Shown here piece by piece: positions 1 to 8,609 of a stretch of DNA of 17,235 bases. A model generated the notes under the pieces. The model was given only the letters and a program-made list of their open reading frames with translations. It was not told where the DNA came from and did no database searches. The position numbers were made by a program, and so were the translations under genes. The stretch's first letter is position 1. Every line of letters begins with the position of its first letter. Source of the DNA: Arcobacter sp. (GTDB lineage: Bacteria > Campylobacterota > Campylobacteria > Campylobacterales > Arcobacteraceae); NCBI GenBank assembly GCA_965662175.1, contig CBFIGT010000042.1, positions 1 to 17,235 of the forward strand, given 5' to 3'.

Positions 1-911
1 ATAGTTTTTGCAGTTGCTATTGATGAATATTTTTGTAAAGAGATAGTAGCTTTTGCGTTGATAGCTGTTTTAGCATCAGCAATTTTAGTACCACCTGCAT
101 ATAGTTTATATTCACCAGCTCCTGTATCCCATTGCTCTTCATGGTCACCAATCATTATGATTTTGTCACCAAACATTTTAGAGATTTTTTTAATCTCTTT
201 TAAAGAACCTAAATATGGTTCAAATCCTGGGATTATGTTGATTCTCTCTTCATCTAGAACTTTTTCTTCTCTAGTTGGATTTAATTGCTCTAAAGTAGAT
301 TTCATCATATTATCATAACCTGTAATATGAGAACCAACAAATGATGGTGTATGTGCATGAGGAATTTCGATATTATCTAATTCACCCTCAGCATCTTCTC
401 TAGCACCTATAATAAATGCATTTAAGTCATCCCCAATAACCTCTGCCATACAAGTTGTACTAACAGCAATCATTTCAGGTTTATAAAGTGCATTACAGTT
501 TCTTAAACCATCTTTCATATTAGCTAATCCACCAAAAACAGCTGCTGATTCAGACATTGAATCAGATACACATGGAGTTGGTTCTTTGAAGTGTCTTGTA
601 AAATATGTTCTAAAATATGCAACACAACCGTGGCTTCCATGAACGTAAGGCATAGTGTTTTCAAAACCAAGACCAACCATAACAGCACCTAGTGGTTGAC
701 AAGCTTTAGCAGGATTAACAGTAATAGCTTCTCTTGCTAAATTCTTTTCTCTATATTCCCAAGACTCAGTCCATTTTTGAATCTCAGCTACTTTCATAGG
801 GTCAATAGCCCCCATAGAACCTTCAAACTCTTTTTTATTATTTAAAACTTCTTGATATTCAGGCTTTAAAAATAATTTTTGTCCATTTACTATATTATCT
901 AAATCTTGCAT
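1..911 (-). CDS. nifK: Nitrogenase MoFe protein beta subunit (5' part; runs off the window start)
   Basis: Not in the ORF track; translated by hand from ATG at 911 (RBS AAGGAG overlapping the nifD stop): MQDLDNIVNGQKLFLKPEY...NPAKACQPLGA...VHGSHGCVAYFRTYFTRHFKEP...TTCMAEVIGDDL...HAHTPSFVGSH. Shows the three P-cluster Cys motifs and the TPSF Ser. Confidence 0.97.
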   Translation of the reverse strand, partial: MQDLDNIVNGQKLFLKPEYQEVLNNKKEFEGSMGAIDPMKVAEIQKWTESWEYREKNLAREAITVNPAKACQPLGAVMVGLGFENTMPYVHGSHGCVAYFRTYFTRHFKEPTPCVSDSMSESAAVFGGLANMKDGLRNCNALYKPEMIAVSTTCMAEVIGDDLNAFIIGAREDAEGELDNIEIPHAHTPSFVGSHITGYDNMMKSTLEQLNPTREEKVLDEERINIIPGFEPYLGSLKEIKKISKMFGDKIIMIGDHEEQWDTGAGEYKLYAGGTKIADAKTAINAKATISLQKYSSIATAKT

Positions 912-922
912 GCTACTACTCC

Positions 923-2380
923 TTATGCTTCTTTATCCCATGGAGCTGTAGTATGATCCCACACAGGAGAGTTCATAGCTAAATCCATATCTTTTGCAAA
1001 AATTGCGAACGCATCGTATCCGTGGTAAGGACCACTGTAATCCCAAGAGTGCATCTGTCTAAATGGTAATCCCATTTTTTGGAATACATATTTCTCTTTA
1101 ACTCCAGCTGCAACTAAGTCAGGTCTTAATTTTTTTACAAACTCTTCAAGTTCATACTCATTTGCATCATCATAAATAAGTGTTGATCTTCCTAAATCTT
1201 CTTTAGTTCTTTTATAATCATCACCATGACCAAACTCATAACCTGTACCAATAACTTCCATTCCTAAATCTTCATAAGCCCCAATAACATGTCTTGGTCT
1301 TAATCCACCAACATAAAGCATAACTTTTTTACCCTCTAACATTGGTCTATATTTAGCAATAACAGTATCAGTCATAGCTGTATATTTAGCAATAGTAGCT
1401 TCTGTTTTTGCTTGAATTGTTTCATCAAAAAATGAAGCAATTTTTCTTAAACTTTCAGTTGTTTTAGTAGGTCCAAAGAAGTTATATTCCATCCAAGGTA
1501 TACCAAACTCTTGCTCCATATGTCTAGAAATATAGTTCATAGATCTATAACAGTGAAGTAAATTTAATTTTGCTTTTGGAGCGATTGCCAACTCTTTATA
1601 AGTTGCATCACCTGACCATTGTGCAATTACTCTTAATCCCATCTCTTCTAGGATTAATCTTGTTGACCAAGCATCTCCACCAATATTATAATCTCCAATA
1701 ATTGCTACATCATAAGGTGTTGATTCAAAATCTTTTCTATATGAAGTATCAGGCATAACGTGATCTCTAATCATGTCATTTGCAATGTGGTGACCAAGTG
1801 ATTGAGAAACCCCTCTAAATCCCTCACATGAAACAGCAACAGTTTGATGACCTGTCTCTTTTTTATGTACTTTTGCAACTGCTTGAATATCATCTCCAAT
1901 TAATCCAATTGGACACTCTGATTGAATTGATACACCATTATTTAATGGGAATAATTCATCAATCTCTTCAAGTGCTTTTTTAAGTTTTTTATCTCCACCA
2001 AATACAATATCTTTTTCATTGAAATCAGTTGAGAAGTTCATTGTAACAAAAGTATCAACACCTGTTGTTCCAATATAATAGTTTCTTCTTCCACCTCTTG
2101 AATATTGCCCACAACCAATTGGTCCATGAGAAATATGAATCATATCTTTAATTGGTCCCCAAACAACACCTTTAGAACCTGCATATGCACATCCTCTTTG
2201 AGACATAACTCCTGGTACTGTTTGTTTATTTGATCTTGTTGTATCACAAGAACCTTTTACACCCTCTGGAGAATCAACCCCTAAGTGTTTAGCTCTATTC
2301 TTCTTAGCTTTCGCTGGATACGCTTCTAGTACCTCAGCTATCGCTTCTTTTTGTAGACTCTCTAATGTTTCTGGTCCCAT
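923..2380 (-). CDS. nifD: Nitrogenase MoFe protein alpha subunit
   Basis: P-cluster motifs [28 protein letters not shown]; FeMo-co ligands in HCYRS and [25 protein letters not shown]. Confidence 0.98.
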   Translation of the reverse strand: MGPETLESLQKEAIAEVLEAYPAKAKKNRAKHLGVDSPEGVKGSCDTTRSNKQTVPGVMSQRGCAYAGSKGVVWGPIKDMIHISHGPIGCGQYSRGGRRNYYIGTTGVDTFVTMNFSTDFNEKDIVFGGDKKLKKALEEIDELFPLNNGVSIQSECPIGLIGDDIQAVAKVHKKETGHQTVAVSCEGFRGVSQSLGHHIANDMIRDHVMPDTSYRKDFESTPYDVAIIGDYNIGGDAWSTRLILEEMGLRVIAQWSGDATYKELAIAPKAKLNLLHCYRSMNYISRHMEQEFGIPWMEYNFFGPTKTTESLRKIASFFDETIQAKTEATIAKYTAMTDTVIAKYRPMLEGKKVMLYVGGLRPRHVIGAYEDLGMEVIGTGYEFGHGDDYKRTKEDLGRSTLIYDDANEYELEEFVKKLRPDLVAAGVKEKYVFQKMGLPFRQMHSWDYSGPYHGYDAFAIFAKDMDLAMNSPVWDHTTAPWDKEA

Positions 2381-2425
2381 CTGCTTTTCTCCTTACTTTT
2401 TTACATACATTTAAACAAGTTTTGC

Positions 2426-2785
2426 TTACGCTACTTTAACTCTATATAGGTTCATATCATCTAATTTTTTACAAATCACTTTAGTTGAATCACCATCAAC
2501 TGATTTTGAGATTTCTGAAATTTGATATTTATTTGTGTAATAAATCATTTTGAAATCATCTTTTGCTGCACACTCTGTATTTGTATAATAATCTACAAGT
2601 GCTGTATGAAGAAAAGTTCCACTTGGAATCGAAATTTCTTCTAATTTAACACCTTCTCTTGTTTCACTTGTTACTGTAACAGTTTTACCTGTAGCATCAA
2701 TACCTTCTTCTACTTTTTCAATTACTTTTTCAAAACTTACATTATTACCTTCGCTAGCTGGAAAGTGGTATCCACATACAAACAT
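2426..2785 (-). CDS. Hypothetical protein (119 aa) between nifH and nifD
   Basis: Co-oriented ORF filling the nifH-nifD gap, strong RBS (AAGGAGACAAAATG). No family recognised. Confidence 0.85.
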   Translation of the reverse strand: MFVCGYHFPASEGNNVSFEKVIEKVEEGIDATGKTVTVTSETREGVKLEEISIPSGTFLHTALVDYYTNTECAAKDDFKMIYYTNKYQISEISKSVDGDSTKVICKKLDDMNLYRVKVA

Positions 2786-2850
2786 TTTGTCTCCTTCTTT
2801 CTTTCTTTTTTAATTTATTTTTATTTTAATATTATTCAAAAGAGGCGTGA

Positions 2851-3780
<930 letters not shown>

Positions 3781-3805
3781 TTATAATAATTACGAAATAG
3801 ATAAT

Positions 3806-3821
3806 TGCACTTTGTGTTCCA
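3806..3821 (-). promoter_or_regulatory. sigma54 (-24/-12) promoter of nifH-orf-nifD-nifK
   Basis: Minus strand TGGAACACAAAGTGCA: GG-N10-GC spacing, 40 bp upstream of the nifH ATG; same motif recurs before nifX and nifN. Confidence 0.88.
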
Positions 3822-4100
3822 CTGAACTTTTTTTTGAATAAATTTTTTTAAATTTTTTTACTGCTCCCATAAAACCGATGTTTTTAAACTAATTTTCTTT
3901 TTTGAATTTATTTTAAGATAAAAATTGTCTTATTTACACTTCTGTAAAACTGATGTAAATTTTGTAAATTTCAATAATTTTTTATTAAATTAGGTCTATA
4001 AAATAGGAAATAGTGTAAAACAATTTGGAAGGATTAAAATAAATTTTTTATTGAATAAGGAAGGGGTATAAAGAAAATAGAGAGACTTATAAAGATTTGT

Positions 4101-5348
4101 TTAAATATTTTCTACTTTATAGAGTTTTTTTCTCTCTTTTGATGAGGGAACATCAAGCATTTTTCTATATTTTGTAATAGTACGTCTTACCATTTTTAGT
4201 GAAAACTTTGTATGAATTGCTTCTAAAATATCTTGGTCTGTCATTGGTTCTTCTTTATTTTCATACTCAACCAAGTTTAGAATATAGTTTTTTATCTCAG
4301 ATGATGATAAATCTTTATCATTAACTGCATTTGAAAAAAAGTGTTTAAGAGGATAAGTTCCCAAACTACACTCTATATATTTGTTTGCAACAGCTCTACT
4401 AATAGTTGACTCAGCAAAGCCAATCTCACTTGCTAACTCTTGCATAGAATAAGGTTTAAGCTCTCCTCCTACAAAAAATGAGACTTGCTTTTCTACTATT
4501 AAAAGGACTATTTTATATAGAGTTGATTTTCTTAAACCCAAGAGATTTACTAAATCCCTTGCCTCTTTTAGTTTCTCTTTTATACTCTCATTTTTTGAGG
4601 AAAAGGCATCTTTTACTTCAATATCTGGATAATAAGCATGATTTATTTTTACATTAATATCTTCACCAACTTCTACAAAAAAATCAGGAACTACTTGTAC
4701 ATTATTGTTCATATAATTAATAGCTGGGGGATTATTAAAGTATTTAATCACATCTTTTGCATCATCAAATCTATGATGAGAGGCATATTTGTCCAAGTGA
4801 GCTATATCTTTTATGATTTTTTTTATAAATCTATATAACTCATCATCAATCTTTTTATCACAAGCATCTAACTGAAAAAGAAATGATTCTGATAAATTTA
4901 TTGATCCAATACCACTTGGTTCTAGTAGTGAAAATCTTTGTCTTATGGACTCAACATACTCTTTGAAAACACCACATGTAAGTGCAATTTTTTCAATATC
5001 ACCCTCAAAATAACCCTCTTCATTTATATCACATAATATTTCCATAGCAACTTTTTGAGAGTTTGGTGTAGGAAAGTTTGGTGCACAAATTTGTTCACTT
5101 ATTACATCATTTAATGATTCACTATATAAAGCTAAAGACTCTATAAACTCTCCACTTGTACCTTGAGGCATAAAATTAGAGTAAAACTCTTTTGGTTTTT
5201 TAATCTCTAAAAATGGATTTTCATAAGATACATTTGTTAGATGTTTCTCTAGGTCTTGAAGTGATGATTGTAGCATTGGAAGCCACAATTTAAGTGATAA
5301 ATTAAGATTTTGCTTTTGAGCAACGGATGTTGATAATGATGGTGCCAT
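4101..5348 (-). CDS. rpoN: RNA polymerase sigma-54 factor
   Basis: Region I (QKQNLNLSLKLWLPMLQ...ENPFLE), HTH (MQELASEIGFAESTISRAVANKY) and RpoN box variant MVRRTITKYR; short 415-aa form typical of Campylobacterota. Confidence 0.95.
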   Translation of the reverse strand: MAPSLSTSVAQKQNLNLSLKLWLPMLQSSLQDLEKHLTNVSYENPFLEIKKPKEFYSNFMPQGTSGEFIESLALYSESLNDVISEQICAPNFPTPNSQKVAMEILCDINEEGYFEGDIEKIALTCGVFKEYVESIRQRFSLLEPSGIGSINLSESFLFQLDACDKKIDDELYRFIKKIIKDIAHLDKYASHHRFDDAKDVIKYFNNPPAINYMNNNVQVVPDFFVEVGEDINVKINHAYYPDIEVKDAFSSKNESIKEKLKEARDLVNLLGLRKSTLYKIVLLIVEKQVSFFVGGELKPYSMQELASEIGFAESTISRAVANKYIECSLGTYPLKHFFSNAVNDKDLSSSEIKNYILNLVEYENKEEPMTDQDILEAIHTKFSLKMVRRTITKYRKMLDVPSSKERKKLYKVENI

Positions 5349-5359
5349 TTTATAATGAT

Positions 5360-5384
5360 GCCCAAATTCAAAAAGAATTTGGAC
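5360..5384 (-). other. Stem-loop in the rpoN leader
   Basis: Perfect 8-bp inverted repeat CCAAATTC-TTTTT-GAATTTGG (5362-5382), extendable by U-G and G-C pairs on the mRNA strand; no U-tract follows. Confidence 0.6.
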
Positions 5385-5401
5385 TCTCCTTTGTATATTT
5401 T

Positions 5402-5698
5402 TTAATACTTAATTCTAATTACACCGTTAGGTTTAACAATTTTCATTTGACAAGAAAGTCTTGTATTATCTGTACAAGTTCCAGCACAAGCCTCTTTTAT
5501 TACTTTAATCTCTTTATCATTGATTGGTGAGATAAACTCCATACCTTGTTCTATTTCAACTACACATGTACCACACTCACCATCTCTACATCCAAAAGGT
5601 AAAGCTGAACCAGATGCTTCAACTACATCTTGAATTGTACTTCCTGGCTTAACATTGATTGCTAAAAAATCATTAATAATTTCTACTCTTGTTGTCAT
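5402..5698 (-). CDS. [2Fe-2S] ferredoxin, nif-associated
   Basis: PFGCRDGECGTC (C37, C42, C45) and RLSCQ (C83); RBS AAGGA. Confidence 0.92.
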   Translation of the reverse strand: MTTRVEIINDFLAINVKPGSTIQDVVEASGSALPFGCRDGECGTCVVEIEQGMEFISPINDKEIKVIKEACAGTCTDNTRLSCQMKIVKPNGVIRIKY

Positions 5699-5708
5699 AC
5701 TATTTCCT

Positions 5709-6050
5709 TTATTTTAATGTATATGGTTTTACTAAAATGTCACCTTTGATTAACATCATAGGTGCAACTCTAACTTTTGGGCTAATTGTAAATTGTTGAC
5801 ATTGTAAAGCCTCATCAGCTGTAATAGCTCCAAGTTCTACTAAAATATCTAACTCTTCATCTTCCATATAACTTGTAGGTTCTTCTTCACAAAGATTTTC
5901 AACTTTGATTAAACTCTTAGAGTAATCTTTTGTATCAGATGGTAGTGGAACACACTTCTCTTTTGCCAATCTAACAATTGGTTCACCAATTTTTGCATCA
6001 TAAACACCGTCTGTTTCAGTATCAAAATGCATAAAAATAACTTTTGCCAT
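5709..6050 (-). CDS. FeSII (Shethna protein II)-like ferredoxin-fold protein lacking the [2Fe-2S] cysteines (113 aa)
   Basis: Start moved to ATG 6050 (RBS AAGGAGAG). By-eye end-to-end similarity to FeSII-type ferredoxins, but the cluster loop reads [11 protein letters not shown] and the RLACQ motif reads RVAPM. Confidence 0.7.
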   Translation of the reverse strand: [113 protein letters not shown]

Positions 6051-6087
6051 ATTTCTCTCCTTTTTTTTAGCTTGTTTTACATACATA

Positions 6088-6132
6088 CCAAGCCATATGA
6101 AAAAGTTCTTTAAACTCTTTCATCTGACTTGG
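6088..6132 (-). other. Long intergenic RNA hairpin downstream of nifZ
   Basis: mRNA strand CCAAGTCAGATGAAAGAGTT-TAAAG-AACTTTTTCATATGGCTTGG: 20-bp stem with two G-U pairs and one mismatch. Confidence 0.7.
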
Positions 6133-6142
6133 CTTTTAAGCT

Positions 6143-6553
6143 TTAATCTTTGCTATAGTATTTTTCTCTATGTTTTCGCATAAACTCCAGCTCTTCTTCT
6201 ACTTCATCTCTATAATCTTCCATAGCTTCAAGTTCATGTTCTCTACAACCAACTATTTCAACAGGAACATCCATCAAACCTAAAAAATGAACCTCATAAA
6301 CACGAATAACTTGTAAAAATTCACCCACTGATTTGATATATCCAATAGCACCCGCTGGCATAAGAAGTGTACCAATTGGAGCATGGGGATATGTTCCATC
6401 ATTTACGATATCTTTTAGTAGTTTTACTTTTTGTCCCATTCCAAACTTAGCTTTATCTTCATCTTTCCCTGAACGACCAGCTGTTACACTATCGTGTAAA
6501 AAAGTATTTGCATCTACAATACTCTCATGCTCTATTCCACTTTTAGCAGCCAC
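6143..6553 (-). CDS. nifZ: Nitrogen fixation protein NifZ
   Basis: FGMGQKVKLLKDIVNDGTYP...GYIKSVGEFLQ...YEVHF...VGCREHEL; GTG start with RBS AAGGAGG, overlapping the nifW end. Confidence 0.93.
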   Translation of the reverse strand: MAAKSGIEHESIVDANTFLHDSVTAGRSGKDEDKAKFGMGQKVKLLKDIVNDGTYPHAPIGTLLMPAGAIGYIKSVGEFLQVIRVYEVHFLGLMDVPVEIVGCREHELEAMEDYRDEVEEELEFMRKHREKYYSKD

Positions 6554-6878
6554 AAGATCCTCCTTGTCCGCTTGGACTTGGAGAACAAGAAGAACAACCC
6601 TCTAATTTTCCAGTTTCATACATATTCCAAACATCAGCAGCACTTGGAGCATGACCTGTTTTATAATCACCATAAACTCTTAAAAGAGAAAATTTTAGAA
6701 ACTCTAAAGTTCTATCTTCTCCCTCAATATTGGCTAAACCTTTTTTGATAAGAGTTCCATACTCTTTCATCATATGAAATCTTTTTACATTAATTAATTT
6801 TTGGTCAAAATCAATTTCAAAAAATTTAAAAAAATCCTCTGTATCTCTTAGTTTGTAAAATTCAGATAAAGTTGCCAT
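6543..6878 (-). CDS. nifW: Nitrogenase-stabilising protein NifW
   Basis: LRDTEDFFKFFEIDFDQKLINVKRFHMMK matches the NifW N-terminal signature; adjacent to nifZ. Confidence 0.88.
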   Translation of the reverse strand: MATLSEFYKLRDTEDFFKFFEIDFDQKLINVKRFHMMKEYGTLIKKGLANIEGEDRTLEFLKFSLLRVYGDYKTGHAPSAADVWNMYETGKLEGCSSCSPSPSGQGGSCGC

Positions 6879-6902
6879 AATCTATTCCTTTTAAAATTAT
6901 TC

Positions 6903-7418
6903 TTATGCAGGAATTTGTTCTTTTAATGAACTAATCCAGTTTTCGATTCTCTCTTGGGTTTTATCACTCTCATTGTGTTGGTCAATTGCAAGTCCACAAA
7001 GTTTACCATCCATTTCAGCTAGTGAAAACTCATATTTATAATCACCTGCATCCACAAAACCAACTATCTTTGCACCTGCTTGGGTAAATGTTTTATAAAG
7101 TTTTCCTAATGCTGAACAAAAATGTTCACCATGTTTAACACAATCTCCAGCCCCAAACAAAGCAATAGTTTTTCCAGAAAAATCAATCTCATCTGACTCT
7201 ATTTCAAGTAAAGGATCAACCCACTCAAAGTAAACATCACCTTGACCCCAAGTAGAACTTCCTATAAATAAAATGTCATACTCCAACATCTGTTCCACAT
7301 CATCAAAATCTTCTTCCATATTTATAACTTCTTCAACATCAAAAGCTTCAGCTAAAGCCTCAGCTATTTGCATAGAAGTTCCACCTGCTGTTCCACAAAA
7401 AATACCTATACTTGACAT
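6903..7418 (-). CDS. Long-chain flavodoxin (NifF-like electron donor)
   Basis: GTAGGTS FMN-phosphate loop, GSSTWGQG, FGAGD, GLAIDQHNE; acidic 171-aa protein in a nif operon. Confidence 0.92.
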   Translation of the reverse strand: MSSIGIFCGTAGGTSMQIAEALAEAFDVEEVINMEEDFDDVEQMLEYDILFIGSSTWGQGDVYFEWVDPLLEIESDEIDFSGKTIALFGAGDCVKHGEHFCSALGKLYKTFTQAGAKIVGFVDAGDYKYEFSLAEMDGKLCGLAIDQHNESDKTQERIENWISSLKEQIPA

Positions 7419-7426
7419 ATTAACTC

Positions 7427-7858
7427 CTAAATATTTTTGTATTTGTTATAAATTTCTTGAGCTTTAAGAAGATATTTTTCACCCTCTTTTTCCAAGTCTT
7501 CATATGTTCTAAAAGAGTATCTATGGGCATCTTTGAAGAATTTTTCACATAAAACAATTTTGTCAGCAAAAACTACAACTCTACCAAATCCCTCATGACT
7601 CATCTCCATCACAACAGAACACATAACTCCTGTTAGTTTTTCAAAAGCTAAAGCAACAGATTGAAAAATAAGTCTGATATCTTTTATTTGCATTTCATCA
7701 ATATCAGCAATAATAGGAATATTTTTTAACTCCTCTTTTGTTTTTACATACTTCTCTTTTAGTAAATCTTCATCAGATTTATTAACCCAAGTTCCAAACT
7801 GGTCTAAAGCTCTAATTTGACCCATAAGTGTTGTTATAAATAGTTCTTTAGTTTCCAT
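7427..7858 (-). CDS. NifX-associated nitrogen fixation protein (DUF269 family)
   Basis: QIRALDQFGTW..KSDEDLL, MSHEGFGRVVV, DAHRYSF; TAATG overlap with nifX. Confidence 0.9.
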   Translation of the reverse strand: METKELFITTLMGQIRALDQFGTWVNKSDEDLLKEKYVKTKEELKNIPIIADIDEMQIKDIRLIFQSVALAFEKLTGVMCSVVMEMSHEGFGRVVVFADKIVLCEKFFKDAHRYSFRTYEDLEKEGEKYLLKAQEIYNKYKNI

Positions 7859-8253
7859 TATGCAACCTTTTTTTCTATTATTTTTTTGATGAAAGGAGGA
7901 GGATTAGAGTTCAACATATCTTTTAGTTTGTTTACCTCTTCCTCAATAGCTACTACCTCTTTATATTTGATAGTAAAAATTCCATTGTTTATAAGTTTAG
8001 CTGCAGCTATTGCTCCAACATTTGTAAAATATACAATATCAATATCTTTTAAAAGATCAACAGTTTTATCTGTGTCTTTTTCAAGTACTTTTTTGATTTC
8101 ACCTAGGCTAATATCATTTTTAGTAATCTCATAAACCGCAAACTGCTTTGCACTACCAAAATGAGAATCAATATTTTCCAAATCACTTGTTGCAAATGCA
8201 ACTCTTAAAATTCCCTCTTTTGTTTCATTTGATGTTATTTTAATACTACTCAT
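7858..8253 (-). CDS. nifX: FeMo-co precursor carrier NifX
   Basis: RVAFATSD...IDSHFGSAKQFAVYEI, VGAIAAAKL, C-terminal NPPPFIKK; followed by DUF269. Confidence 0.88.
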   Translation of the reverse strand: MSSIKITSNETKEGILRVAFATSDLENIDSHFGSAKQFAVYEITKNDISLGEIKKVLEKDTDKTVDLLKDIDIVYFTNVGAIAAAKLINNGIFTIKYKEVVAIEEEVNKLKDMLNSNPPPFIKKIIEKKVA

Positions 8254-8284
8254 TTCATCATCCTAATAAATTTACTAGAATATA

Positions 8285-8300
8285 TGCAAATAGTGTTCCA
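8285..8300 (-). promoter_or_regulatory. sigma54 (-24/-12) promoter of the nifX operon
   Basis: Minus strand TGGAACACTATTTGCA, GG-N10-GC, in the 56-bp gap before nifX. Confidence 0.88.
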
Positions 8301-8309
8301 TAGAATTTA

Positions 8310-8609
8310 TTAACTCTTTTTACTTCTTATAAGTGCCAAGAAATCGATTAAATCACTTAAAAAGAAAGCTCTATTTGAAATCTCTGCAAAATATATATTG
8401 GTAAAAGTGTTTTGATTTATAAATGATTTTGCACTAACTATAAACTCTCCTGGAATTTGATTGTTAATTGCAACAGGTTTTGTAAGCTCTTCACAAACCT
8501 CTTCAAAAAGAAAAAATATCTCAGCTGGCTTAGTTTCACATAAAAGATATATGTCACTTCTATAAAGATTATATTTTTTATACATTTGATGATATGTCTC
8601 TTTGCTCAT
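8310..8609 (-). CDS. Hypothetical protein (99 aa)
   Basis: ATGA overlap with the nitroreductase stop suggests translational coupling; no family recognised. Confidence 0.7.
   Translation of the reverse strand: MSKETYHQMYKKYNLYRSDIYLLCETKPAEIFFLFEEVCEELTKPVAINNQIPGEFIVSAKSFINQNTFTNIYFAEISNRAFFLSDLIDFLALIRSKKS

Noticed and set aside
2426..2785. Calling the nifH-nifD ORF nifI/PII or an anfG/vnfG delta subunit
   Set aside because: No PII T-loop, B-loop or C-terminal RxR motifs; delta-subunit genes lie between D and K and NifD here is Mo-type.
3926..3938. TGT-N7-ACA (and TGT-N9-ACA at 8481-8495) as NifA boxes
   Set aside because: Spacing does not match TGT-N10-ACA.
5946..5960. Plus-strand TGGAACACAC resembling the -24 element
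   Set aside because: No GC at the -12 position; lies antisense within a CDS.
6051..6086. Longer N-termini given by the ORF track (also 10802-10831, 10284-10295, 12464-12496)
   Set aside because: Downstream ATGs have better RBS or stop/start overlaps; the nifN extension overlaps its promoter.
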